The notes beneath the pieces were generated by a model. The model had not been told where the DNA came from. It saw only the letters and a list, made by a program, of their open reading frames with translations, and ran no database searches. A DNA stretch of 63,936 nucleotides, the filler included, from Reticulomyxa filosa (lineage: Eukaryota > Protista > Foraminifera): NCBI GenBank assembly GCA_000512085.1. It is 17 parts of 17 records of this genome, joined end to end, with 100 filler letters (N's around TTAATTAATTAA, not from the genome) between each part and the next. Parts side by side here need not be neighbours in the genome. Positions count along the whole stretch, not along the records: positions 50,685 to 54,897 come from ASPP01003020.1; positions 54,998 to 56,279 come from ASPP01043012.1; positions 56,380 to 61,524 come from ASPP01021250.1; positions 61,625 to 63,936 come from ASPP01019111.1; 13 more parts are not named here. The stretch is one strand, 5' to 3'. A program made the translations under genes and the position numbers. Below are positions 50,752-63,206 of the stretch, piece by piece (the stretch's first letter is position 1; every line of letters begins with the position of its first letter).

Positions 50752-53178
50752 GAGCAGCGTTGCCATTTCATTTGCAATCGAAAATCAGTGAATGTTTGGA
50801 AAATTTGTTGGCGTTAGAATGTCGCCATGTCACTCAGACCTTGCAAGCGCTTGTCGAAACAATTGACGAGAAATGGTTGCCGAAAGAGATTTCCAAACAA
50901 TCCTTGCGTGCTGAGCTCACTGACATGGCTAACGATTTGATGAGAGACTACGTAATTGAATTGAACTTATTATTAAATGGATTTTTTCAACAGCAATTTG
51001 TCGATCAAACTGTTTATTTATTTATTTATTTTTTTTTAAAAATAAATTAATAATCTTTTTTTTTTTTTTTTTTGGTGCTGTCGATTGTTTGCAGTGCCCT
51101 TCAGCGACGTCAAAAAATGGACAACAGAGCAATTACTGTTGCAATTGGCCAGTCTTCACAACAATGCCTGGAATAGTCACTTCTGGACGCCTGCCACAAC
51201 GTATAAGCTGTATCTGTCCGGTCATGCGCATGGGTGTGCCTCCGTCGGTGGACGTAGGTACATTGTCTCGCTACAATACATACAACTCAAATAACTTTGC
51301 ATGTCTTTACCTCATTCAGTTTGCCTGTGCAATTGCTTCGTTTTTGTGTGTGTGTGTGTGTATGTGTGTATATATATGTATATTGTTTTTTTATTGCTAT
51401 TTTGATAAAAGACGCTTAGATAAGATTCAGGAAATGATTGCGAATACAAATGTTCACTTGCCACTTGCAGTTACTATATGCAATATACTTATCTGTACAT
51501 ACATATATATATATGTACGTGTGCATGTTGACACACACAAACGCACACACACACACACACATACAAGAGCACGATGGATTGCAAATCTAATGATGATGAG
51601 CTGTGTAGCCAAAGAAGTGGAGGCGAGATTTCAAAATCCCATGATTCACAATTCGATGAAGAAGACAACAGTGACAATATCAATGGGAATAACGATGACG
51701 ATAACGACGGGATCGCCGAGGCGGATAGAGAAGCAAAAGAAATGGTGAGTGAAATGGTAAATTTGGTACTTGGAATGACAGAAAAGGATGAGAGCAAAGA
51801 AGGTGATCGATCCAACGATCGCATGCAAAACGAAATATGGAGCCAGTTGTTGTCTTATAAACACACTTTGGAGCCTTCTTTTCATTCCTCAGTGGAGTCA
51901 CGCTTGTCTCGCACCGTGCAAGGGTTCCCCGCGTTACGCGACTTACTTAGCGCATTCCCCAGTGAATTGGCTTGCTCGATCTTTAAAGAGCAATTACAAT
52001 GTCCTCACGATCATATTCGAGATATTACTTTGCAACGAGGATGTCAGCCTGTGCTTCGATTTTCTGCCAACCATTTTGTCACCATTTCACAGCATATTGA
52101 TTTGGACCAATTCATTCAGTGCTTTCAGGTCTGCACTTAAAAAAAAAAAAAAAAAAAAAGAGTTAATCCATTTTTTCATTCCTCTTTGGCAAATAAAAAT
52201 GCATAGAAATATATGCAAATTTATGACGAACGCCAATTATTGTCCATCTTTGAGGACAATGGAGTTGCAGGGTATCGATTACATCAGGTGACAGGCGTGA
52301 TCCGAGGATCGAATGAACCGGAGTCGGTACGTACACTAACGGCTCTAAATTTTCGAGTAGGCCGACTATGGACTCCAAAACTTGAAGTAATTCACAACGC
52401 CATTGACTTTTGGGCGAATTTAGAAAAATCCGCTTCGATTCTAGTGTTAGGTCCGAACACAGCTGAGAAGGCGGCAATAATGCGTGAATTGACGAGAGTA
52501 GCCAGCCAACATTTCCGAACGGCGTTAGTGGACACGAGATCGACAATTGGAGGTTTTGATGATTATCCGGTTGGATGCGGATTGGCCATGCGCTTTTTGG
52601 TGAGAAAAGGTAGTGTTGATCATCAACACCAAATCATTGATCAAACTCGCTCCATTTCACCTCAGGTTGTCGTAGTTGGAGAAACAATTAACGAAGATGA
52701 TATTGGTGTCTTGTCCAAACTGCAGCGCGAAGGAATTCGTGTAATTGTCGGTACAAATGTTCATTCATTATCAACTTTACTTCGAGATGAAACCTTTAAT
52801 CCATTATTGCCAGTGGCTGTGCCAATGGAGGGAGGTCTTTCGACACTCCATTTCTCGCACACTTTGCTATCGCCTCATTTGCTTGTGCTAGAGTTGAACG
52901 CTACTGCCTCCAAAGTTAGGATGTACAAGGATATTCCGGATGCAGTTCGACAAGTCCGTCAGAATATCCAGCCAAAATGCGATACGTTTGTGTTGAAATG
53001 GGACGAGACCGATTCCATGCTAAATCCAAGCCAAATCCATCATGCTATGAGTCGTAGGTACAGCAAACCTTTGGCTACTTTGATACAACAAACTTTATCT
53101 GCGTCCAAGCACACACCATCACGTGTTGTTTGTCCAGAAAAAGAATTTGTATTTACGCCTCAACAAAACTCTTCATAA
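50752..53178 (+). CDS. Multi-exon protein with a C-terminal Ycf45/SpoIIIAA-like AAA domain, Walker motifs degenerate
   Basis: LHQVTG..LTALNFRVGR, SILVLGPNTAEKAAIMREL, LVDTRSTIGGFDDYP, QHQII, SPQVVVVGE and REGIRVIVGT align in order with Ycf45 LHRIS..GLTCRVGR, SILLLGRPGVGKTT.LREI, IVDTSNEIAGDGDIP, QHQVM, PEVIVIDE and ERGVQLVGT. Confidence 0.75.
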
Positions 53179-53589
53179 ATATGTATTCCTTGAGCTGACA
53201 ATTGATATTAATTCACATCCAAAGCGTAATTTTATTTTTATATATTTATTTATACGTATGGCATATATTAAGTAAATAAGCGACAAAAAAAAAATTTCGG
53301 AACTACAAATGCATTTAGTAAATTTTTTTTAAAATGCAATTGTATTCTTTTTTTTTTTTTTGTAATTGTTCTTTTTTTTTTTTATTCATTTTCCAAAATT
53401 AAAAAAAGTATGAAATTTGTCAATCATCAACCGTTTCTTTTTTTAAAAATTGCAATATTTCAAAAAGGTACAAAATATGTCGCAATTCGATAAACTCACT
53501 CCGTGGAATAAGAGATTGTTCACTTTCGTGCAAGAATTAAAACAATATTTCAATATTCACATTTTCACATTTTTAAAGAAATGTGACAG

Positions 53590-53900
53590 AAACAATGGTT
53601 TGGTACACTTTGTCAAACTCAAACGTTTTTGTTTCGATTTTTGCCACCACGTGCTTGCGACTGCAAATTCGACATCACATTGTTGATATTATTCATTTGC
53701 ACCTCTTCTTGACTGTATGTACACAAGATGCATTCAACACTCATTTCACTCGAGCTATCATTTTGCAAAAGTGGTCGAATACGGTAATATACACGGATGT
53801 TGTCTTTCATCTCTTGAATCACATTCAAGTACTGGTGACTAAGTGCCACACTTCACGTCCATAGTTCTTCAATGCTTTTTGGGCCTTTTCTTCTGAAGAG
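53590..53900 (-). pseudogene. Kinesin-14 neck / motor-start fragment
   Basis: YLNVIQEMKDNIRVYYRIRPLL (cf. N.IQELKGNIRVxCRxRP), then after a frameshift KTFEFDKVY; the rest of the motor is absent and there is a stop upstream. Confidence 0.7.
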
Positions 53901-55780
53901 TTTACACACAAACATTCCATATTTGTTATGATTCTTAAATAAACAAATATATACGTATATAAATTAGAGACTCAATATTAACTGAAGCATTTGACCCTAC
54001 TGACAACAGACATGAGCAAGGTTTCGTCATAACAGGAGGTCGCTAATACCTTTGGAATGATTTGGTTTCATTTCAACTAGTGCTAACGACATATTTTTCA
54101 TTTCAATCAGAATTGCTTGTTGCTGCAATTTCAGTTTCGATATTTCGTCTTCAATTTTTCAACTGGTTCACCTATAGTCCTTTCTGGTTTTTGTTTTTAT
54201 TTTCCGAAATTGAGCAATTGAATATTCATCAAAGAGAATATACATAACATCATATCTAATGTATGTTTACATAAATGGATACCAAAGGGAAATGTGAAAT
54301 ATTGGGACTCTTTGATTATAATTAACGATACGATATATCAAAGAACAAATCATTTGATAATCTTTTGGGGAAGTCAGGACTACAAGACATCACTCTACAT
54401 TTCAATTCTACAGACAAGTAGCAGCGAACTCTTTGTTGTTTGTTACTAAACACAAACATTACAAAGTTAAAAAATAAAAAACTTGAACCACATCCCCCCA
54501 TCTGACACTTTTTTTAAAAAAAAACTGGTTAATTTTTAAAAAATCGGTTCAAAAAAAATCAAAAATGACCCACAAATCACAAAAAATGACCCAAGTCAAA
54601 CAAATTCAAGAACACTTCGTGCTAGTCAATAGTATTCATTTTTTATTTTTTAGAGAAAAAAAAATTATTTGAGATTTGACCTTTATGTTATTTGGCCAAT
54701 AATGTTCATTTTTTTACTTTTTCATTTATTTCAAAATATTTATAATTGAAAAAAACAAAAAGTAACACACCAACATTAAACACAACGTGAAAAGCAGCAA
54801 AAATAGATAATGAAGAGATTGCAAAATAAATCAAACAAATTTTTTTTGCAATGCTGTACTTGATATTGCAACAAATCACTTCATAACTAAATTTTTTNNN
54901 NNNNNNNNNNNNNNNNNNNNNNNNNNNNNNNNNNNNNNNNNTTAATTAATTAANNNNNNNNNNNNNNNNNNNNNNNNNNNNNNNNNNNNNNNNNNNNTTG
55001 TTCAATTATTTATATCAAATGTAAATAATAAGCAATGCTTTACATCAATTGCTGGTTAATATCAATTTTCGTTTTTTCAAAGTGTTGTGGTCTGATGTTA
55101 AGTGATGTGTTAATACTCTATTTCTCACTCTCTATCTTCTCTGCTGATATAAGATAATATCTCACATTTGGTCAATACAAAACAAAATAGACAAGTAAAT
55201 AAATCTTATTTCTTTTCCAATACAAGATGGCTGCTGATATAAACAGAATGAGGCGCAAATATGGATGCAGACGATGATGCAGAAAGAGAGCCAGAGTGAA
55301 GATGACGCAAAACGTGTTCGAATGTTTTTCTGTGACTGAAATAATGTTATTATTTTGTATATTTAATTGCAACCGTTCTTGCGCCTTCAAGACTTGCAAG
55401 AAAAACACTTCATAGTGTGTCTTAGTCTGAATACCTTCTGTTTTGTTTTCTTATGTTGTCTGTCTTTTGTTGGGTATGGTGACAGTTTGTTTTTTTTATT
55501 TTCAAATGCTGCTCCAGCTTTTTTAAAAGAAATTCTTTATTCTTCTACCAACACAGTTATCGGAGAATTTTTGACAAAGTCTTTTTTGTTTTAAAATAAA
55601 GATATCAAAAAATGCATATAACTTAATTGTTTAAAATAGACAAGATTGTAAACACATCACACAATGTGAAATGTTCATGCAATTAAATTTTCAAAAAAAA
55701 TTCTATTTCTCACTTTTACAAAAAAAAAGGAGAGAACAAAAGGGGAAAAAAAGATATCAAAAAAAAAAAGCTAATATAGC

Positions 55781-56279
55781 ATGGACGAGATAAAAGATAA
55801 TGTGCCGAAGCAACATCGTCGAATGTCCTATGATTCGAGCAAAATCGCAATGTCAGGCCAAGGAACACGACGTCGCGGTCCGGTGAGTAAAGAGAGCACA
55901 GATTTGTTATCAAAGTACGTGTCGTCATTGACAGACGAGCAGAAAAACGAGTTGGTGAAGACATCAGCAGACTTGACGGCGGAGCGCAACCTGAAGCGTT
56001 TGGAGTTGCGACTGGAGGAGGCATTGGACCAAAGGAATCAAGCGACGGAGGTGATAAAGAACCTAGCCAAGGAGAACGAGGAGATGAAAATGGAGAACGA
56101 GGAATTGAAGTCGATGGTGCACATGAAGGAGCACGACTTGAAGCTTCTGACCAAAGACAATGCTTTATTGAACGAGTTGTACGAAGAAGAGAAGATTAAA
56201 TATGAAGCAGAGCTTCTTAAATTGGAAAAATTAAAACAAGATATGGTCGAAAAGGAGGCCGAGTTTGAGCTGCACACAC
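55781..56279 (+). CDS. Coiled-coil protein, 3'-truncated
   Basis: ATG 55781; heptad-like E/K/L-rich sequence open to the contig end. Confidence 0.65.
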
Positions 56280-56471
56280 NNNNNNNNNNNNNNNNNNNNN
56301 NNNNNNNNNNNNNNNNNNNNNNNTTAATTAATTAANNNNNNNNNNNNNNNNNNNNNNNNNNNNNNNNNNNNNNNNNNNNTTTTTTTTTTTTTTTTTGTAT
56401 TGTTTGTTGTTTTTTTTTTTTTTGACGTGAGAGTTATACTAAGTTTTTACGTATTACCTTTTTTTTTTTAT

Positions 56472-57728
56472 TCAAAAAAAAAAAAAATTTAATCCTCCAC
56501 GCATAGTGTTGGGCATGTTGTGTAACGTAGTAACAATAGTAGTGGTTAGAAATACAGAACCTTGATAGCAACGAGCAGTGTCAGCAATTCGGTTAATTTG
56601 TGCCTCTTGTGGGTCTTTGCTGGAACAGAGACGCGGCGACGACTGGCAGTTTCTACAGAAAAACAATGCTTGCTGTTGCAACTTCTGGCAATGGAGTGGG
56701 CACTGTCCGTTGTTGAGTGCAAGTTTTTGGAATTGCAACTCGCCTGTATCCCAGCAATTGGGCTTCATTGAGTCCTTCGATATTGCACACATAAAGTTCG
56801 TCACTGTTGCTACGCTTTCGAGATAGTCACAATCGTTTTCCACTTTTTTTTGGATTTTGTTTTGTTTATTTGTAATGCTCAACTTGGTTCTTTTTTTGTT
56901 GTTGTTGCGTGTGTATATAGATAAAACTGAACAAGTAAATGTTTTGGGATCATAGCAATTGGAGGAACTATTGTCTTGACATTGCGAACACCACTCATAA
57001 GCGTACACAGGAGAAATGGACTGTGAGTCTTCCAATGACTGTACAAAAGTGGTCATATTTTTGTTACTGCTGGTGATGTCTTGCTTGTCACAGGTATCAT
57101 TGCCAGGACAAGATTGCTCGTCGCATTTTTCAGACCGGTCACTATTTGCATTGTGCAAAAAAGGTTAAAAATCATAACAATAATAATAATAATAATAATT
57201 TTCCTTGTTGTAATAAATAAACAAATAAATAAGTAAATAAAAAGAAATGAAATAAAATGAGATACGTAACGTGGACATCCCTTCTCTCCAAACAGGTGGT
57301 ATGGAGATAAATCGTAACAACTGATCGTTTTGTTATTGTACGGGATCGTAAATGTGCCATTGCAACCCTGGCACCAAAAACCTCCGGCGATTGTCGGTTG
57401 TCCACCGTACACCTGGTTAATGTATTCCTCCAACGCGTTTGCACACGTCAAATCACAACTATTTAGAGTGTGATCCCATACCGAACAGGCGTCGAACATC
57501 GCCACTATGTAGTTGCTGCAATTTCTCACATCCTTAAAACAATCTAATGCTTGCTGGTCACAATATTTGCCAAAACAATCTTTTTTATTGTAAGTGGTTT
57601 TTGTTTTTTTTTATGCTTTTTTTTTTTTTGGAGATCACTACTACTTTTCTTTTCTTGTCTTTTGCCTCAACTGCTCAAAAAAAGTGACGCTATCCATAAC
57701 ACTTTGAGCATTATTTTCTTCGACATAT
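56472..57728 (-). CDS. Cysteine-rich, probably secreted or surface protein with a GAS1/GFR-alpha-like first repeat, multi-exon
   Basis: Signal-like MSKKIMLKVLWIASLF near 57728 (frame break in a homopolymer run). Exon with CDQQALDCFKDVRNCSNYIVAMFDACSV...CDLTCANALEEY...WCQGC; further Cys-rich exons at ~57145-56925 and ~56845-56540. Confidence 0.6.
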
Positions 57729-57947
57729 TTCAATTTTACTTTGTCTCAGGACTTTATTCAGCTTTCCGTTTCAAGGAACGAGGGAAAAAAAGGAGAAACA
57801 AGTGCTTAACACGTTTGAAAAGACTCTTTAAACAAAAATTAGACATGCAAAGGACAAAATTTGACAAAAAATTTGAATAATATGAATATATGTGCAAGTT
57901 CTTCTTTTGCAATGAAAGAGTTAGATTCGTGCTAGTGAATACAACAT

Positions 57948-58140
57948 GCAGACTTTTTGCGCACGTATGTGACAAAACCGAGTGCGATAAAAAAAATCAA
58001 ATTGGATCACCAGCGAAACGAAAACAAAAAAAAAAGCATTGACCCATGCAAACATATAGTTCAAATGTTCAAATTTTTATTAGTACCAAAATCAAAACAT
58101 TTGTCAAAAGTAAATTTTTATGAAGTTTCTAAGTAAATAT
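57948..58140. repeat. Diverged direct duplicate of ~58600-58835 (3' end and 3' flank of PSMG1)
   Basis: Shared blocks in the same order: GCAGACTTTTTG, TGTGACAAAA, AATTGGATCAC, ATGCAAACATAT, CCAAAATCA.AACATTTGTCAA, AGTTTCT..AGTAAAT. Confidence 0.8.
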
Positions 58141-58733
58141 CAACATTTTGAGAATTAAAAAAGAAGTGTGATTCATGCAAAATGAAAATTGTATATATTT
58201 GTAATCTTTTGTTAATTTCAAATAAAAAATATATATATATAAATAGAATGCCCTTGACTTGGACAACAATATTTTCAACAACAAACATTATAAATTAAAC
58301 TTCAAAATGTAATTGTATAAAATAAGAACATGAGTCACACTTTTTTTAAAAAAATTTATTCAAAAGTTACTACAGTTCCTTTTTCTCTTAGTTTTGTCAA
58401 TTGTTGAGCGATCTCTTTTCACGTAAATGGAAATTTATGTATAAATCTTAAATATGTTCAACAAACTCGCTCAAAGTTTTTTCATTATCAAAAAATTTGT
58501 AAAGTGTAGAATTGGATTTATTAGAAATGATTACACATGCGCGAGCCCTTCTTTCACAATGACAGAATAATTCTATTTGTGGCTAAATGAACGTCAGCGC
58601 GCAGACTTTTTGTATGCGTGTGACAAAATCAGAACGTGACAAAAAAATAATCAATAGACTATTCCTCAAAATAAAAATTCAATTGGATCACTGATGAAGT
58701 GGAGGACCAAAAAACTGAAAAAAAAGCGTTGAT

Positions 58734-59814
58734 TTATGCAAACATATTAATTCCAGTGTTCAAATAATTTCTGTTAGTGCCAAAATCACAACATTTGTCA
58801 ACAATCCATTTTTGCAGAGTTTCTTCAGTAAATTTTTTGTCAGAGAGTGATTTCTGCAACGCTTGAAAGAGACAATCTTTCAACCCTACACACTCAAAGC
58901 ATAGCGCCTGAAACAATTTGCAAAGCATTTCACTCATGAAATCTAAATCGCTGATACAAACATAAAGAATGGCATTTTTATTTTGCACTTCACATAAACA
59001 CAATATCGACGCATTAACCGAAGAGACAAGATTTCCACTTTCCAAGCCGACAGCCTGACAGCCACTTTTGTCAGTTGTTGACATGTTTTTTTTATCTTCC
59101 TTTCTTTCCTCAGTCTTATTATTGTTATTGTTATTATTTAATTTATACGCCGTTGTCGTAATGTATCGTAACAACGGAAGTGACAATTCTTTATGATTTT
59201 GGACATAACGTCCTCGAGACATTTCGTCCAGCAAAAATAATTTTTTGTGTTGGTTTGAAGTGAGACAATAAAAACTCGCTCAATAGATTGCCGTTGGCAC
59301 AACGAAAGGATATGGGGACATTTACGTATACTATGCGTGGACCCTTGTCCTTATCCTTGTCCACCAGTGAACACGATCCATAGATGTCCACATACTCAAT
59401 ACGATCGCTTGACTGGGGTGCGTTTGTGTACTGAGATGCAAAGTTAAAACTTATCAGCGCATCTCCTGAAGGCCCTTGCTCCGCACTCAGTTTGGGAAAT
59501 GCTTTCGGCCTTGCTTTCGAAACGGTTTTTATTCGCCCTATTGGCTTAAAGTCAAATACAAAGCTTTCTTTACTCGTTGTTTGTTGCTTTGTTTTCACGT
59601 GCTTGTTCAATCCTGGCCCTGAGGAAAATACGCAGTGAAACATGTGATACGCGCGGTTGGTCGCAACAATCAAGTAGTCGCACGTTTGCGGTGCCGTGTA
59701 CGCTTTGTTTGACCATTCGATTTCTAATTCATCTTCAAATTCATAATCAGTATTAAGCTCTTCTTCTGTCAAATATTGAAAATTCCTATCCCAAGACTGA
59801 TCAAAATTAGTCAT
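58734..59814 (-). CDS. PSMG1: Proteasome assembly chaperone 1 (PAC1)
   Basis: ORFs 59814-59191 and 59234-58734 joined by a homopolymer frameshift at ~59240. PLLRYITT and LESGNLVSSVNASILCLCEVQNKNAILYVCISD match PAC1 PFLR.L.T and LEQPNIVHDLPAAVLSYCQVWKIPAILYLCYTD. C-terminus NMFA resembles the HbYX tail. Confidence 0.72.
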
Positions 59815-60593
59815 GGCAAAATATTATTATAAAAAATTTTAGGGTGACAACCTTCTAACCTGTTTTTTGTCAACAACAGCCTTTTTCTTCTTGTTGGAGT
59901 AAAGTAAAATAGTCATTTCGCTTAGCAACAGCGTTAATATCTCTAAAATTATGCAAAAAGGCTATAAAAACCTTTATAATTAAAATGTAAAATCATTATA
60001 ATTACTAGTTCAAAGCAATAGATTTAATTGCAAAAAAATCAAATTAAGTTGAAATGAATTCATTATAACTACTGTTTTATTGTTTCTTCATGAAAAAAAT
60101 CGATCATCTCTGTAGGTGTCAACTTTCTTTTGCATTCTATTGTATATTTGATTTTTAATAAATTTTTCGAAAAAACTAAATCAAAGATATGCTTTTTCAT
60201 AATTTTTAAAACATTTTCCCAGATTTTAGATATTTTTTTATAAATTCAAAAAAAAGTGCTTTTCAGATTAAAAATTAAGTATTCGTAGAGAAAAATTTTT
60301 CTAGAGTTGTTTTTTGTTATGTGGCTTGTGATCATAGATCGGTTTATTTGCTTGTGAGCAATCTTATGATATGTTCGGAGTTTTTAGTGGTTGACTTACA
60401 AATACTGAGGAATGATCAAATGCAAGAAAATGAAAGTTAGGCCGAAGATGCAAATGAAAGGACAGAAATAAGAGGATGTGAGCACTTTGTTATTCTTTGA
60501 ACAATAAATGTAACAGAATGGTGTGTTCAGTCTGTGTCGAAGAGGTAGGCCTGATCTGTTTTGTGTCTCTTGGATTTTTTAAAGAAAATGATT

Positions 60594-60976
60594 CTAGAGA
60601 ATGTAGCATATTGGATCGGAACTGGACGTATCTTCTGATATCTGTGAGTCTTGTGGCTGTTCGATTATAACCTTCATATCCCCATTTCGCTCAACAGTTT
60701 GCCTGTCTGTCGATAAGTTTTTCACGACAACCTCAATCTGCAAGTCACTGATAAGGACTCCGTTTTGAGACAAGGCAGGCCATACACAATAAGACACGAT
60801 AGTACCATCGCGAGCACTGGTATGAAATTTTTTATGAATCTCTTCATCAAATGGACGGCCATCCATTCGAAATGAATTCGGAGTCAACACAAGTTCTGGC
60901 TCTTGCAATATTGCACACCAACTCCATTCTTTTACATTCTTCGCATATTTTTCTATCAACTCCCATATTTCTCTTT

Positions 60977-61007
<31 letters not shown>

Positions 61008-61524
61008 TGTATCCCAAAGAAACAGCATCTTTTTATTTTTATTTCATTTAAACAAAACAAAGACATAACGGTGGCAGTTCAACGTTGCCAATGGTCTCAA
61101 TTACAATTTGATTCAAATTCTCAGCAAAACCATTTGGAAAAAGTGTACGTTCGTAGCAAGGTAATAAAAGATTGTGATATTTTCTCAAATAAAATTGACA
61201 CAAATATCTTGTCAAGTCGTCCTTTTTTTTTTTGTATTCTCTCTTGTTGCTGTTTTTGTTTTTGTTGTTGTTGTTGTTGTTGTTGTTGATTGTCGTTAGT
61301 CGACTTTCTTTCTTCTTCCATCTTCTCTTTCTCTCCTTCTTTGATTACATGTTCGATGCATAATGTATTTTGAATTTCTTGATACACGTTTGTCTTATAT
61401 GATTTCACATGATCATATACTTTAATCAAGATATTAAATAGCAATTCATGACATGTTTCAAAACAACTTGCTTTGGATTGGCTCGGATTATTTTGTCGCA
61501 ACCATTTTGTTATTTGTTCTTGGA
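60594..61524 (-). CDS. 3' part of a protein with a MIEAP/GIL1-IRKI-like C-terminal domain
   Basis: YAKNVKEWSWCAILQEPELVL...FDEEIHKKF...VSYCVWPALSQNG..I....VVV resembles the W.M..Q.P...FD...H...VWP.L motif of that domain; upstream exon ~61524-61350. Confidence 0.5.
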
Positions 61525-61624
61525 NNNNNNNNNNNNNNNNNNNNNNNNNNNNNNNNNNNNNNNNNNNNTTAATTAATTAANNNNNNNNNNNNNNNNNNNN
61601 NNNNNNNNNNNNNNNNNNNNNNNN

Positions 61625-61827
61625 CAAGTGATAATACAATTCGTTTTTGGGATATTCGATCAAATAAAGATCAATTGTATATGATCAAAGGAGATGAAAA
61701 AGGAAATAAAGTAATATATTGTCTCAAATTTATTGTATTGAAAAAGAAAGCAAATAGAAAGAATGTTACATATGATTTGAATTTGTGTTATGGTTCATGC
61801 AAAGGTTTCATTCGTATTTGGGGATAA
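61625..61827 (+). CDS. C-terminal end of a WD40-repeat protein
   Basis: SDNTIRFWDIRSNKDQLYMIKGD...CLKF...LCYGSCKGFIRIWG*. Confidence 0.8.
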
Positions 61828-62919
61828 TTTATTGTTTTGTCGAATAATAAATGAAAGTGTTTTTTATTTGAAAAGTTTGATTAAAAGAAAGGTAAGGTGA
61901 TATTAAATTTGTTTGATTTAATTGGAAATTGTGTTTTGTCTTACTTTGCGTGCAATATTTTTTGAAGAATTCGAAAAGCATAACAAATAAAATTTATATC
62001 CAAATATGAATTAATTGCAAAATATTTGCAGTACATTTTTTTTATAGTATTGAACACGATTCATGACATAAATTCTTTAAAAATTTAAAATATTATTGTC
62101 ATTGAATTTTTTCAAAAAATTCAACAATAGATATAATAAAGGGAAACAGTGTTTTACATTTGAAATGTGAAATAGTTAAATTAATCCTTATAAAAATCTT
62201 GCTTGTATTAAATGATTTTGGCTCGATATTTTTGTTGATATTATGTTTGCATTTCTAAAAAGTGCTGCCTTTTTTGTTAAGCTATTATCCGCTTTCTTTG
62301 TAGGTAGTTTCTTTTTCCTCAGTTGTTTCATTATTATTTGTTTGTTTGACACCAAACAATTTTTGAACAGTGATAATTTAAGATTTTTAAATATCCAATT
62401 CTTTTCTGTTTTGTTTTAATTATAATATCAATTCCAATAATTTCACGTAAAGAACACACATAATGTAATGCAATGCATCCATTGATATTGCATTTTTACA
62501 CATAAAAGTTGTTTTATTTCTGAAGCAAGATGTAGTGATGAAGCGTCAACTGTATTCGTTGCCCCATAAATTTATTGGAAAAATATATATGATAACAAAA
62601 AACGAAGGATTAAATAATGACCAAAATAACAAGAATAATGTAAAGCTGCAATAATAACAACGATCAAACCAAGGGAGGAGATTAAAAATATAAACTTTGA
62701 ATTTTTGTGTGTCCTAGCTTTTTTTTTGTTTGCCAATATACTGACTTCTTCTATGAAGAAATAATTTACAAATTATGCAGTCTTTAAATATTGTTTTAAA
62801 TTTAAAAAATAAAGTAATATTTAGATCAAAGTGATTTAGGAAATGGAAGAGAAGATATAATTGCTTTGTTTAATTAATTATTTATTAAAAATCAAAAATA
62901 TTTCCTACTTGTAGACGAA

Positions 62920-63206
62920 AAAGCACATAAACAACAAATTACATGGATAGTGAAGATGAATAAAACAATTTTCATCATCAAGTGATAAAACAACTAATTT
63001 ATGGAATGTGAAACAATTCAAAAGACATTCTGATCGTGTGATGGTAAATTTATTATTTTATGTTCATTGAATGATACAATTCGAATATGGAATATTGAAA
63101 TATAATTGAATATATTCACAAGCTGTGAGATATGTGGATGTATCTCAAAATGGAAATACAATTGCATCAGGCTCTACTGATTGCACTATTCGAATTTGTG
63201 GATAAT
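62920..63206 (+). pseudogene. Degenerate WD40 gene fragment
   Basis: SSSSDKT, DTIRIWNIE and NGNTIASGSTDCTIRICG* with multiple frameshifts. Confidence 0.75.

Noticed and set aside
12613-59245. Pervasive programmed ribosomal frameshifting (PKS, DOCK twice, H1, channel twice, PSMG1)
   Set aside because: The breaks fall in homopolymer runs, share no slippery or AAA-stop motif, and hit housekeeping genes. This is best explained by pyrosequencing-type indel errors; raw reads would settle it.
5214-61624. Recurring TTAATTAATTAA palindrome as a CRISPR-like or biological repeat; gene clusters spanning it
   Set aside because: It is always centred in exactly 44+44 N, so it is an artificial six-frame-stop linker. 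Genes on different contigs are not neighbours.
62330-62700. Hydrophobic minus-strand relic resembling a GPCR-like pseudogene
   Set aside because: Too degenerate to support a call.
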